A stretch of 64,000 nt of DNA from NCBI GenBank assembly GCA_964599625.1, contig CAZRGC010000001.1, positions 51,019 to 115,018 on the forward strand, written 5' to 3'. Shown piece after piece: positions 19,594 through 28,413 of the stretch. Both the position numbers and the translations under genes were made by a program. The notes under the pieces are model-generated. The model worked only from the letters and a program-made list of their open reading frames with translations. It was not told where the DNA came from and made no database searches. Positions within the stretch are counted from its first letter, which is position 1, and each line of letters starts with the position of its first letter. The stretch is from an uncultured Gammaproteobacteria bacterium (GTDB taxonomy: Bacteria > Patescibacteriota > Microgenomatia > UBA8517).

Positions 19594-20322
19594 TTATTTA
19601 ACCTTTTTGATAAAACCTAAATATTTATCTACATCCAAAGCAGGAACAGAGCCAAGTTGTCGAAGTTGTTCAATTAGTTTGAGTAAAAAGAACGCTAGTA
19701 TTGTGGCTCCTTTTTGTTCAAATATTTCTTTCTCGTTTACAATCTTTATTCCGTAGCTTAAGCAAACGACAAAAGATAATGCCGAACCTAATTTAACGTT
19801 CTCGTATGAGGGCTTACTTCCGTGTTCTTTGGTTAATATCCCTCCAAATATATTAAATGGTTCCTTTTTGTTTTTTCCGAGAATATGAGCGAAGCTGGCA
19901 GACGTTTTTTTCAATTCTTGAACACTTTTAAGTTTTTTGATTGCATATTCAAGGTTCGACTTGTTTAATTGTTGTTTGACTTCAAAAACGGCATAAACTC
20001 CCTCCGATGGTATATAAACAACATTTTCTCCCCGAAAAATAAATGGGGTGAAATGCCTATCATAAATAATGATGTCAATTTGTTCACTTATATTTCCTTT
20101 ATGATCTACCACAAAACCATTGTCCACGCTGTACCTTTCTGGTAAATAATTTCGTAGGAGTCCTATCCAATTCAGTTCCGTTTCGTTGCCCTTTGCCGAT
20201 GGATGATATATTTCATCAATCTTGCTCGACAATTTAAGTCTCATTTCTTCATCGAGAGCATTAAATAGTTTTTGCATGTTGATTTTTTTAGACATAGTTT
20301 TTACCAAACAATTTGATTCCAA
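19594..20322 (-). CDS. PD-(D/E)xK restriction-endonuclease-fold protein, NucC-like candidate effector
   Basis: EQIDIIIYD ... AVFEVKQ gives a D ... E-x-K arrangement. Size about 233-242 aa. The real start is probably the in-frame ATG at 20295 (MSKKINMQ), which removes the 22-nt overlap with the upstream NTase gene. The NucC resemblance is from memory of that family, not a search. Confidence 0.4.
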   Translation of the reverse strand: MESNCLVKTMSKKINMQKLFNALDEEMRLKLSSKIDEIYHPSAKGNETELNWIGLLRNYLPERYSVDNGFVVDHKGNISEQIDIIIYDRHFTPFIFRGENVVYIPSEGVYAVFEVKQQLNKSNLEYAIKKLKSVQELKKTSASFAHILGKNKKEPFNIFGGILTKEHGSKPSYENVKLGSALSFVVCLSYGIKIVNEKEIFEQKGATILAFFLLKLIEQLRQLGSVPALDVDKYLGFIKKVK

Positions 20323-21074
20323 TTTGAGTTTTTTATCGCTTCTCTTGCTTTATTTTTTACAGCACTTTTTTCTGTTTGTGTTAATAGATCAGAAAGGATA
20401 TTTCCCGAGTTGGCAGGATCGACTAAATAGGAATCTAAAGGATTATCGTTGTATTTAGCCAGTTCCGTTAAAACATGCCACGCATTGTTTCCTAGTTTGT
20501 CAATTCCAGTAGGGTAAAATTTCAGGATGTTAGTAACTATTAAGTATTCAAGATAGATTGATGGAAATTCAAGTTTGTTAAGTTCTCGCCACACCTTAAG
20601 GATTTTTATTTCATTCGTCCTACCCGAATTAGAAATGTCGTCTATATGTTTTTGAATATTAGTCTGTTTCCTCGTGTCTTGCTTAGAAACATATAGCCAA
20701 TGATCGTTAGTGTATCCAGGTTGTTTCCGTGCAGGTGTAACGTCTACCATTAAGCCGTTAAGGTTTAATCTTATGGAAACATTTTGTTTTCTAACACCAC
20801 TATAAATACTACTGATTTTTGAATATAGTGATTCATAAATCCCTTTTAATCCACCAGTATTTTCATTGCAATTGCTAGTTAATGAAACGAGATAATCTAC
20901 ATCTGACGCAATTGATATAGCTGTACCTTTAGCTCGTGATCCTGAGTCCAAAATATCTAAATAGCAAGTATTTGCCCATGTCTTTAGAATTGATTTCAGA
21001 GTGACAATTGAACTCGAATAGGGTGATAAGTTTCGTGCCTGGTATTTTAATAAAATTTGTTCAAGATATGTCAT
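20301..21074 (-). CDS. CD-NTase/SMODS-like nucleotidyltransferase
   Basis: SGSRAKGTAISIASDVDYLV matches GS...GT...SDhDh. Downstream LMVDVTPAR matches the third-Asp DVhPA motif of the OAS/cGAS/CD-NTase families. Confidence 0.5.
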   Translation of the reverse strand: MTYLEQILLKYQARNLSPYSSSIVTLKSILKTWANTCYLDILDSGSRAKGTAISIASDVDYLVSLTSNCNENTGGLKGIYESLYSKISSIYSGVRKQNVSIRLNLNGLMVDVTPARKQPGYTNDHWLYVSKQDTRKQTNIQKHIDDISNSGRTNEIKILKVWRELNKLEFPSIYLEYLIVTNILKFYPTGIDKLGNNAWHVLTELAKYNDNPLDSYLVDPANSGNILSDLLTQTEKSAVKNKAREAIKNSNWNQIVW

Positions 21075-21075
21075 A

Positions 21076-24000
21076 TTATTTTTCTTCTACAATCGCAATT
21101 TCCTCTGGAGTCAGATCGTAAAGTTCATAAATTTTTTGATCAATATATGTTTCTAATTTACGTATTTCTGTATTTTCAAGATTTATGTTCTTAGATAATT
21201 TCAATATTTCATCCACAAGTTCTATGATAATATTCTGTTTAGCTGGCGGCTTCGGAATGATAAGTGAACCCCTTACCGAGGAAGGATATGTGTGTGAAGT
21301 AGATCCCTGTAAACTTTCTGTAGCAAATCTTTTTCTGTAATAAAATTGCTGCAATTTTGACATCAGAAAAGCTAGCGCATATTTAAGATCTAATTTTTCT
21401 TCTAATAGCTTGTAACCTGAAAAATTAGTTTTTAACTCAGATCCATTAAGCGAAGCGTAGGGGACTACTAATACATTCCCATCATCTGTAAACATTTTTG
21501 AGTTATCATATGCAGCAGCAATTCTATGCCCTTTATCAGATACTTTTCGAATCGCTATTTTTTCATTTTCAAACAACTCTGGACTTCTCGATCCATACAT
21601 ATCTTCTTTTCGATAGTCTAGCCATAAACCTCGATAAGACACATGCCATCTATGGACATCCTTTCCCTCAAAAAACCTTTTTGCATTGCCAACAGGAACG
21701 TTGTTTACGACATCACTTTTACTAAATTTACCCTTTACTTTACTTGAGGGTTGAACACCATAGTTCACATAAAAATAGTTGCCAAATCTTGCAGATTTAT
21801 TTTCAAGTTTTTTGAGTAGATCTTCTTCAGTATTATTAATTGATAATACAAACTGGTGTGTTGGTTGTTGTAGCCATAATTTATTATTTACTGTATTTAA
21901 CAGAACTATTTCACCATTTGTTTCTTTGTTGCCAAAAATATTTATTGAATAGTTTTTTAGTACTCTCTTGGTGGCTACAAATACAGTTGTTCTTCTAGAA
22001 ACATTTTCAAAAACATTAATATCTGTAAACTCTAAAATATTGTCTAATGCCATGTTGTTTAATAAAAACTCTCTTACAGCTTTAGCGTATTTTTCTTTTA
22101 ATATTGGGTTAGGGACGATGAATGATATTGCCCCATTGAAGCCAAGTATTTTATGTCCAAGCGCAACAAATGCGACATATAAGTCCCAGTGTCCAGTTAA
22201 AAATGGATATTCCTTTAATCCAGCTTTAATAATTTTTCTCATTTCTGGATCGTCTTTTTCCATTTGCCACGCGCTCACATACGGTGGATTTGCTATAACC
22301 ACATCAAATCCACCTTTGTTTTCAAATACCTCGCTGTAATTTAATTTCCAAAGGAAAAAGGGACGGATGTTGGCTTTTTTATATTTTTCGACTTGCGTCA
22401 TCAATGATTCTTTTCCTTGTTCCCGAAGTGTGGCCTCGATAAGTTCCCAAGTTAGGGATTCTATTCTTTTTTTGATCTGATCTTTTTCTTTTTTATGTGA
22501 TGTATTGAAAAATTCTTTTTGTAACCGTTTCAAATCTTTAGCCTTTTCTTTAGCTTCACTTTCCTGATCGAATAGTCCCGTGTTCTCAATTGTCGGTTTT
22601 GGTTTGTCGGTTAATTTTTTTAACGCCTTATTATTCTTTTGTAACTCGGCCTCGATTTGTTGTTTTTTGATTCCTGTAAACTCTCCCTTTTGGTACAGTT
22701 GGACAAACTCCCGTGACAACTCACTTATTTTTGCCTTCAAACTTTCGATTTGGGCCGTATTGTCAAACACTGATTTCGTGAACAAATCCTCGTCAAATAG
22801 TTTTATTCCTTCAAACTCTTCCAATAGGCTATTGCCTTGCATGATTTTGTAATCTAGGTTTGGTAGTGGCTTGATTTTTTTAATATCTTGTTCGTCAACG
22901 ATGAGCGATAGCCATAAACGGAGTTTGGCTATTTCAGTAGCCCCAGGATCGATGTCTACCCCGTATAGGCTATGTTGGATCGCATGGTGTTTGAACGCAT
23001 ATATTGATCTGTCGCCATCTACAAAGTAGCTAGAAATGGTGTTTCGTACCCGTATAATCTCTGTCATCATCCCTACCAAAAATGCCCCCGAACCGACGGC
23101 GGGATCGCATACACGGATACTTGCCAATGCGTCATCTATTTGTTTGGCGTTATTTCTAATACTTTCTGGTAATTTATAGGAATAGGTATCGGTTTCCTCG
23201 CCGATCTCGGTAACCCTTGTGTCATGTTCTACTGCTGCCTCGCCAATTTGAACCAATGTCTCAATATCTTCCTTTTCAGCCTTTCCCTCTAGTTCCGTTG
23301 CCAAATAGTTCACCAAACTTTCTTGGCACATGTAGTGGACAATCTCACGGGGTGTATAGTACGTGCCTTTTGATTTTCTATCCCTAACCTCTAGTAGGTT
23401 CTCAAAAACCTTACCTAACATCTCGGGATCGACGGCTACCTCTCGCTCTAACGGCTCATCTTCTTTGACTGTAAAATTGTATCTGTCAAAAATATCTAAA
23501 ATCCCGTCTCCAGTATCACCTTCTTTTGTGGTGTTTTTATTTGAAAATAATTTATTAGGCAAATTTATTTGAGTGTCAGTCCATGAATAACCACTAATAG
23601 GATCAAATAATCCTCCGTTGAGGAAAGGTATTTTACATTTGAACAAAGGGTTAAAATGATCGACATCCGATCTATCCCTAGCTAGAGCGTCGTAAAAAAG
23701 TGGTTCAAGAACGTCGTTGAAAAAATTTTCGTAAGCAAGAACTTTTCCATCAAACAAGTCTCGCAAAAATGTTTTCGATCCAGTACCCCAATCTTTACCC
23801 ATTTCTACTCCGAACCAGCCCTTCTTCTGTAAAAAGTATAAGAAAACAATTTGTCCAAGCAATTTTTTAGTAAAATCTATAGTCTCAATATTTTTATCTT
23901 TGAAATCGTTTTCAATCTGAGGATCGGCCTTGACGATTTTATCCAATGCCTCTTTTGTTTCTAGGAATAACTGTTTGTATTTCTCGAAAAACTCTTTGGT

Positions 24001-24588
24001 AACAACCTCGACGCTAAACACTTTTTCCAAATCGGTTAGGGTAGGGGGAGCATCTTCTTTTATAAGTGTCGGTATTAATTGTTTTTGGGCCGTATGAGTG
24101 TTTTCGTTTTCGCCAACCAAGAAGGAAAATCGTTTGGCAGGGGTTAATTCGGTGATTGTTTTAAGTCGCCCTGCATCAGATTTGCCCAATCGGTATTCCA
24201 TTTTGACTAGCGATAACCGCCAGTCGGTAAGATTTGGTGGCACAAAAGCAACTATTGCCGCATCTTTTGCGTCTCTATTTTTAAGATAATCCGCTACAAA
24301 ATTTCTTTGCGTAGTTCTAGCTCTTTCGAGAGTTTCATTTTTTTCAAGGTAGACAGCAAGTATATCTATTTTGTTGTTATCAGAATCAGTGAAAGTTCCA
24401 AAGCGTTCATATGTTTTTATTGTAGGGTTAGTTTTTTTGAATTTATCTTTAACATATCCATGAGCATGGAATGCTTTTGTTTCGTCGAATTTCCTAAAAA
24501 GATTTTTTGTGAAGATCAAGAAGCGATCCCGATCGTAAGGGTTTTCAAATGTACTTTTGACTAGGTTGATTGCTGATTGTTTGTTCAT
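21076..24588 (-). CDS. large gamma-class N6-adenine DNA methyltransferase (PglX/Eco57I/DrmMI-like)
   Basis: Motif I VCDPAVGSGAFLVGMM. LYGVDIDPGATEIAKLRLWLSL. Motif IV VIANPPYVSAW. About 450-aa N-terminal and about 350-aa C-terminal (TRD-like) extensions. Confidence 0.85.
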   Translation of the reverse strand: MNKQSAINLVKSTFENPYDRDRFLIFTKNLFRKFDETKAFHAHGYVKDKFKKTNPTIKTYERFGTFTDSDNNKIDILAVYLEKNETLERARTTQRNFVADYLKNRDAKDAAIVAFVPPNLTDWRLSLVKMEYRLGKSDAGRLKTITELTPAKRFSFLVGENENTHTAQKQLIPTLIKEDAPPTLTDLEKVFSVEVVTKEFFEKYKQLFLETKEALDKIVKADPQIENDFKDKNIETIDFTKKLLGQIVFLYFLQKKGWFGVEMGKDWGTGSKTFLRDLFDGKVLAYENFFNDVLEPLFYDALARDRSDVDHFNPLFKCKIPFLNGGLFDPISGYSWTDTQINLPNKLFSNKNTTKEGDTGDGILDIFDRYNFTVKEDEPLEREVAVDPEMLGKVFENLLEVRDRKSKGTYYTPREIVHYMCQESLVNYLATELEGKAEKEDIETLVQIGEAAVEHDTRVTEIGEETDTYSYKLPESIRNNAKQIDDALASIRVCDPAVGSGAFLVGMMTEIIRVRNTISSYFVDGDRSIYAFKHHAIQHSLYGVDIDPGATEIAKLRLWLSLIVDEQDIKKIKPLPNLDYKIMQGNSLLEEFEGIKLFDEDLFTKSVFDNTAQIESLKAKISELSREFVQLYQKGEFTGIKKQQIEAELQKNNKALKKLTDKPKPTIENTGLFDQESEAKEKAKDLKRLQKEFFNTSHKKEKDQIKKRIESLTWELIEATLREQGKESLMTQVEKYKKANIRPFFLWKLNYSEVFENKGGFDVVIANPPYVSAWQMEKDDPEMRKIIKAGLKEYPFLTGHWDLYVAFVALGHKILGFNGAISFIVPNPILKEKYAKAVREFLLNNMALDNILEFTDINVFENVSRRTTVFVATKRVLKNYSINIFGNKETNGEIVLLNTVNNKLWLQQPTHQFVLSINNTEEDLLKKLENKSARFGNYFYVNYGVQPSSKVKGKFSKSDVVNNVPVGNAKRFFEGKDVHRWHVSYRGLWLDYRKEDMYGSRSPELFENEKIAIRKVSDKGHRIAAAYDNSKMFTDDGNVLVVPYASLNGSELKTNFSGYKLLEEKLDLKYALAFLMSKLQQFYYRKRFATESLQGSTSHTYPSSVRGSLIIPKPPAKQNIIIELVDEILKLSKNINLENTEIRKLETYIDQKIYELYDLTPEEIAIVEEK

Positions 24589-27500
24589 TCACTTATTAGA
24601 TATTCTGACAATATAACTTCCCTTGGCCCTGCTACCTGAGCCGAACTTTCAGCCAGAGTTTCTTTGAAAAACTCCGAGGGAATACTGACTTTGAGAATCG
24701 ACAATAGCTTTAATGGGTTGAATTTTTCACCTAATTCTTTATTTAGTAGTTTGAGTAAGTCCTTGGCAGTCCGTTTTGGCAATGCCCCTTCCTCTAAAAT
24801 CCTAATAACACTATTGATATATGCCTCGTCCTCGTCTGTAAAACCTTTGAAGTATTTAATCTCTTTAGATCGGAGTATTTTGACTATTTGAACCAAACTA
24901 TCTCGGCCTTTTTTGGATTGAACCTCCTGTGCCTCTTCTGTCGTTGTTTCGACAAACGCCTGTTTGTTCATAGCTAGTAGATCGTAGAAATCCTCGCCGA
25001 TATTTTCCCGTTTGGTATCTTTGTTAACCTCCAATAGTTTTGCTGCTGTAATGAAGTCTAGTTCGTTGGCTTCCTTGTCTGCCGAATAGAACTTTTGCAA
25101 TTTGCCCTTACGGAAAAATGTCAGCAGGCTATTATGTTTGCCGTCGCTATATTTTCTTGCGGTTCTGGCTTTTTTAGGTAGTCTTTTGATCGTTTCAAAC
25201 AGATCTGGATTGTTATCCCGAATATCACGAATGATATGTAGATATTTCAAATCGCTCTCTTCGCTCTCATCCTCGCCAGTAATCGTTTCCTTAGATGTAA
25301 GTTTTAACCAAAGATCGTGGGATTTAATTTCCTCACCTTCGGTTAGTAGTTTTGCATCTGCACCAAGTAGTTCAATAAATGCTTCAATTTTTGCTTCGGC
25401 TGCCTCGTTTAATTTGATCTGATCGTTTGATTGTTGTGTTGGGAAGAAATTGTAGGTGTAAATCTTTTCGTGTTTAGTATCGACTCGATTGATACGCCCT
25501 GTCCGTTGCATCAGCCTGGTTGGATTCCAGGGAATATCATAATTGATGACGCAATTGGATCGATGTAAATTGACACCCTCTGACAGAACTTCTGTTGCGA
25601 TCAGGATTCGGTAGTCATCGTGTGGAAATCTGGCTTGAGCGTCAAAATTCTCAATGACTTTTTCTCTAATGACTGCCGATGATCCTCCGTGATAGGCCAA
25701 TACCTGATCGGGGAATTTCTGGCCAAGGTTTTTTTCTAGATACTCGGCGGTTTCCTTTGATTCGGTAAAGATAATAAGTTTGTTGTCTTGTAATACCTTT
25801 TGGCTTGAAAGTGCATCAATAAATTTTGCTAGTTTAGGATCTCGATTGATCCGACGCCACATTTTTGCAATATCTCGCAAAATATTTAAGTCGTTTTCCA
25901 AATCTGTCTTGAATGTATCCTCAAATTCTGTCGATGAGTAGCGTTGCGCCTTATCTTCATCTATTAATTTTTGAATGGCTACTTCATCATCATTGTCTAG
26001 TAATTCAAATATCTTACTGATATGTTTTTTGCTGACATAAACATTTCCTTTATCAAATTCGGCAAGGAAACTCTCGTATGAGGATATAAACCGATCCAAT
26101 GTATTCCTAAATGCAAAGAAGCTACTTTCAAGCCGTTTAACTAAAAGGATTTTCATAAATCGGCCCATGTTCTTTTGTCCTTGTTCTTCACCTTGGGGAA
26201 TATCGCCTTTGTAGTACAGAAGTGGCATATAACGGGCGTATTTGAATTTTTGGGCGATCAACTCAATTGTCTTGGTGAAAATTTCATTCTCTTCATCATC
26301 TAATTCGTAAAACAATGGCTCGGGATCGGCCACATCGGGGAATCGTAGTTTTTGTTGTGCCAAATCTTTGCCAAAATACTTAACAATTTCCGATCTGGTT
26401 CGACGAACCATCAAATACTTAAGTACCTTTTCCCGAATATCGCTTGCGTTTTGACGTACTGTTTCCAAATACTCACTGCGGTTAGTTTTGCGATCCAAAT
26501 CTTTAAGTTTTTTCTCCAGTCCCGAGAAAAACATTTCAAGGTTGGGTAGGTTTGGAATAGTACTCTTTTTGGCCTTTTGGAATAGTTTAATCTGGCTCAA
26601 TATATCCTTGGGTGAATTGTTGTAGGGTGTGGCCGTAACCAAAATGACTCTTTTCCCTCGGCAAATCTGGGCTAGTTTTTCATAGGTAACATTATCTTCT
26701 GTTCTAAATCGGTGGGCTTCGTCAATAAACACATTTTTATATTTATCGGTGCCTCTCTCTGCTAATTTTTCTAATTTTCCTAATGATTCAAAATCTGCCG
26801 ATACCTTAAAATCTGAAAACACGTTTGGCCATGAACCTGGGTTATCACGATCGAGTAGCACAGGTGGGGCAATGACTAAATTTCGGCCATCAAGTTGATT
26901 GGCAAGCATGGCAGAAATGTATGTTTTACCCAAACCAACAACATCGGATAGGAAAACACCCCCATACTCTTCTAAAATCTTTTTAGCGTTCAATACGGCT
27001 TGTTCCTGATACTCTAGTTTTCTGAATTTCTCTGGTGTGTATTTATAGAATACGTCTTCGGTACGGCTAATCTGATCCTTGAAGTATTCGTATAGGAATT
27101 TTAAGTAGAGTTGGTAGGGAGTAATTGTATTGTTTAGCCATGTCTTGTCATTGACTGTTTCAATATATTTTTCGGACACATCAACGGAGTCTTTCCAAAG
27201 ATCGTTAAATTTATCCTGTGCGAATTTATGATCTGAAGCAGTCTTTAGTTCAACGTTGAATTCTAGATTGTCAGCTAGTCCTTTTTGGGAAAAATTGCTT
27301 GATCCCGTGATAACTCTCCCAACGTCCCGATCTCCCTCTTTGAATGTGAGAATGTATAGTTTGGCGTGGATGTTTGCCGTAGGATATGCCCGAATCTCTA
27401 ACTTGCCGCTTTTAATCCATTCAATGAATTTTTGAACACCTTTTTCGATTGTTGGGGTGTCTTCCGAATCTTCAAGCTCCGATGCTATTAAATTGGAAAA

Positions 27501-27773
27501 CTCTTCTTTAGCCTCTACATGGGAAAAACTCAAACTTAATTGCTCTTCGGCTGCTCTAATGTTTTCAAGAGTATCTCTTCCTGTGCCTATACCTATTAGA
27601 ATTCTGATTTTTTCGGTGTTTTCGAGTACAGGGTAGAGCTTATAAAACCCGCTAGAGTAGAAATAACCAACCAGTACATCAAAATATCGGGTGTCTTTTA
27701 TCAAAACACGGAACCGCTCCAAAAGACTTTGATTGTTCTCGTTGGTTATGAATGTTAAATCTGTATTATTCAT
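24585..27773 (-). CDS. PLD-family nuclease domain fused to SNF2-family helicase
   Basis: N-terminal HKD motif HAKLYILTF...GRVITGSSNFS. SNF2 motifs GLGKTYISAML, DEAHRFR and LVTATPYNN. Helicase-C motif QRTGRINRV. Confidence 0.85.
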   Translation of the reverse strand: MNNTDLTFITNENNQSLLERFRVLIKDTRYFDVLVGYFYSSGFYKLYPVLENTEKIRILIGIGTGRDTLENIRAAEEQLSLSFSHVEAKEEFSNLIASELEDSEDTPTIEKGVQKFIEWIKSGKLEIRAYPTANIHAKLYILTFKEGDRDVGRVITGSSNFSQKGLADNLEFNVELKTASDHKFAQDKFNDLWKDSVDVSEKYIETVNDKTWLNNTITPYQLYLKFLYEYFKDQISRTEDVFYKYTPEKFRKLEYQEQAVLNAKKILEEYGGVFLSDVVGLGKTYISAMLANQLDGRNLVIAPPVLLDRDNPGSWPNVFSDFKVSADFESLGKLEKLAERGTDKYKNVFIDEAHRFRTEDNVTYEKLAQICRGKRVILVTATPYNNSPKDILSQIKLFQKAKKSTIPNLPNLEMFFSGLEKKLKDLDRKTNRSEYLETVRQNASDIREKVLKYLMVRRTRSEIVKYFGKDLAQQKLRFPDVADPEPLFYELDDEENEIFTKTIELIAQKFKYARYMPLLYYKGDIPQGEEQGQKNMGRFMKILLVKRLESSFFAFRNTLDRFISSYESFLAEFDKGNVYVSKKHISKIFELLDNDDEVAIQKLIDEDKAQRYSSTEFEDTFKTDLENDLNILRDIAKMWRRINRDPKLAKFIDALSSQKVLQDNKLIIFTESKETAEYLEKNLGQKFPDQVLAYHGGSSAVIREKVIENFDAQARFPHDDYRILIATEVLSEGVNLHRSNCVINYDIPWNPTRLMQRTGRINRVDTKHEKIYTYNFFPTQQSNDQIKLNEAAEAKIEAFIELLGADAKLLTEGEEIKSHDLWLKLTSKETITGEDESEESDLKYLHIIRDIRDNNPDLFETIKRLPKKARTARKYSDGKHNSLLTFFRKGKLQKFYSADKEANELDFITAAKLLEVNKDTKRENIGEDFYDLLAMNKQAFVETTTEEAQEVQSKKGRDSLVQIVKILRSKEIKYFKGFTDEDEAYINSVIRILEEGALPKRTAKDLLKLLNKELGEKFNPLKLLSILKVSIPSEFFKETLAESSAQVAGPREVILSEYLISE

Positions 27774-27795
27774 TTTCTTAATTCTCTTTTTTAAT

Positions 27796-27993
27796 TTACA
27801 CCTTAGGGTGTCTAGATATATATGCCTCTATGTCCGCCTTTCTATATCGACGATCTCCAACACCTCTACGTGTACCAATTCTTACCGCTTTTAGGATTCC
27901 TTGTCTATCCCAACGCCTAAGTGTTTGCGGTTTAACATTCAGGATTTTTGCTGCCTGATTTAATGTTAGTAGTTCCTCTAGTTCTGAATTCAT
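27796..27993 (-). CDS. excisionase/AlpA-family HTH DNA-binding protein (paralog of 13285-13512)
   Basis: LTLNQAAKILNVKPQTLRRWDRQGILKAVRIGTRR aligns residue by residue with the other HTH protein. It is the first gene of the 12-kb minus-strand operon. Confidence 0.6.
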   Translation of the reverse strand: MNSELEELLTLNQAAKILNVKPQTLRRWDRQGILKAVRIGTRRGVGDRRYRKADIEAYISRHPKV

Positions 27994-28329
27994 ACTAATT
28001 GTCTTTAATTGTACTAAATTGCAGGGAAAAAAGGTAGATTATCGGGTAGGGAAAATGGGAAGGGGATATATAATCCTTATCGGCGTTTTTTGGTAGTGTG
28101 CAAATGTGTAGACTCACAACTACACATTTAGCCTTAAATCGGAAGACTACATAGACTATATATAGTAGTTGGCTAGTATCCCAACATATATTTATTAGCT
28201 ATAACTAGGGATATTAATTGGTATCAGCTATACTAGTAGAAGATTCCGTCCAATTTCGATTGAGTATTTTTAAGTAAAATCGAGGGGAGGGAGTAGTAAA
28301 ATTGAAAATGTGGGGTAAGTGGATCGAAA

Positions 28330-28376
28330 GCTAGCATCATGCCAGATAGGCATGTGTGGTACCCTATATGCTAGCA
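28330..28376. promoter_or_regulatory. nested palindrome: GCTAGCAT ... ATGCTAGC enclosing CATGCC-agata-GGCATG and GGTACC
   Basis: Perfect 8-bp inverted repeat with a 31-nt spacer that contains a 6-bp stem hairpin. It lies between the island end and the 3' end of the MoxR-like gene. Confidence 0.3.
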
Positions 28377-28413
28377 TTTCAAAAAGTGCCATTTTCCCAA
28401 GAAGGCCCCTTAA

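Larger units (their letters stand above)
11706..28413. mobile_element. putative integrative island with a serine-recombinase integrase, Xis-like HTH genes, phage-like ORFs and a defence operon; boundaries approximate
   Basis: The serine recombinase gene ends 2 nt from the secA stop, in convergent orientation. The block is rich in hypothetical and defence genes. A 420-nt AT-rich ORF-free region lies at the right end. No flanking direct repeats found by eye. Confidence 0.45.

Noticed and set aside
21076-22400. Possibility that the N-terminal about 400 aa of the big MTase is a Type IIG PD-(D/E)xK endonuclease domain (IDILAVYLEKNE)
   Set aside because: The segment reads D-x6-E-K, not a canonical D...(D/E)-x-K. 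I cannot support a nuclease call from sequence alone, so it is left as an unassigned N-terminal domain.
11690-28413. attL/attR direct repeats flanking the island
   Set aside because: I compared the secA-end sequence with the 28000-28413 region by eye and found only trivial shared hexamers such as gggaag. No convincing repeat, so att sites are not reported.
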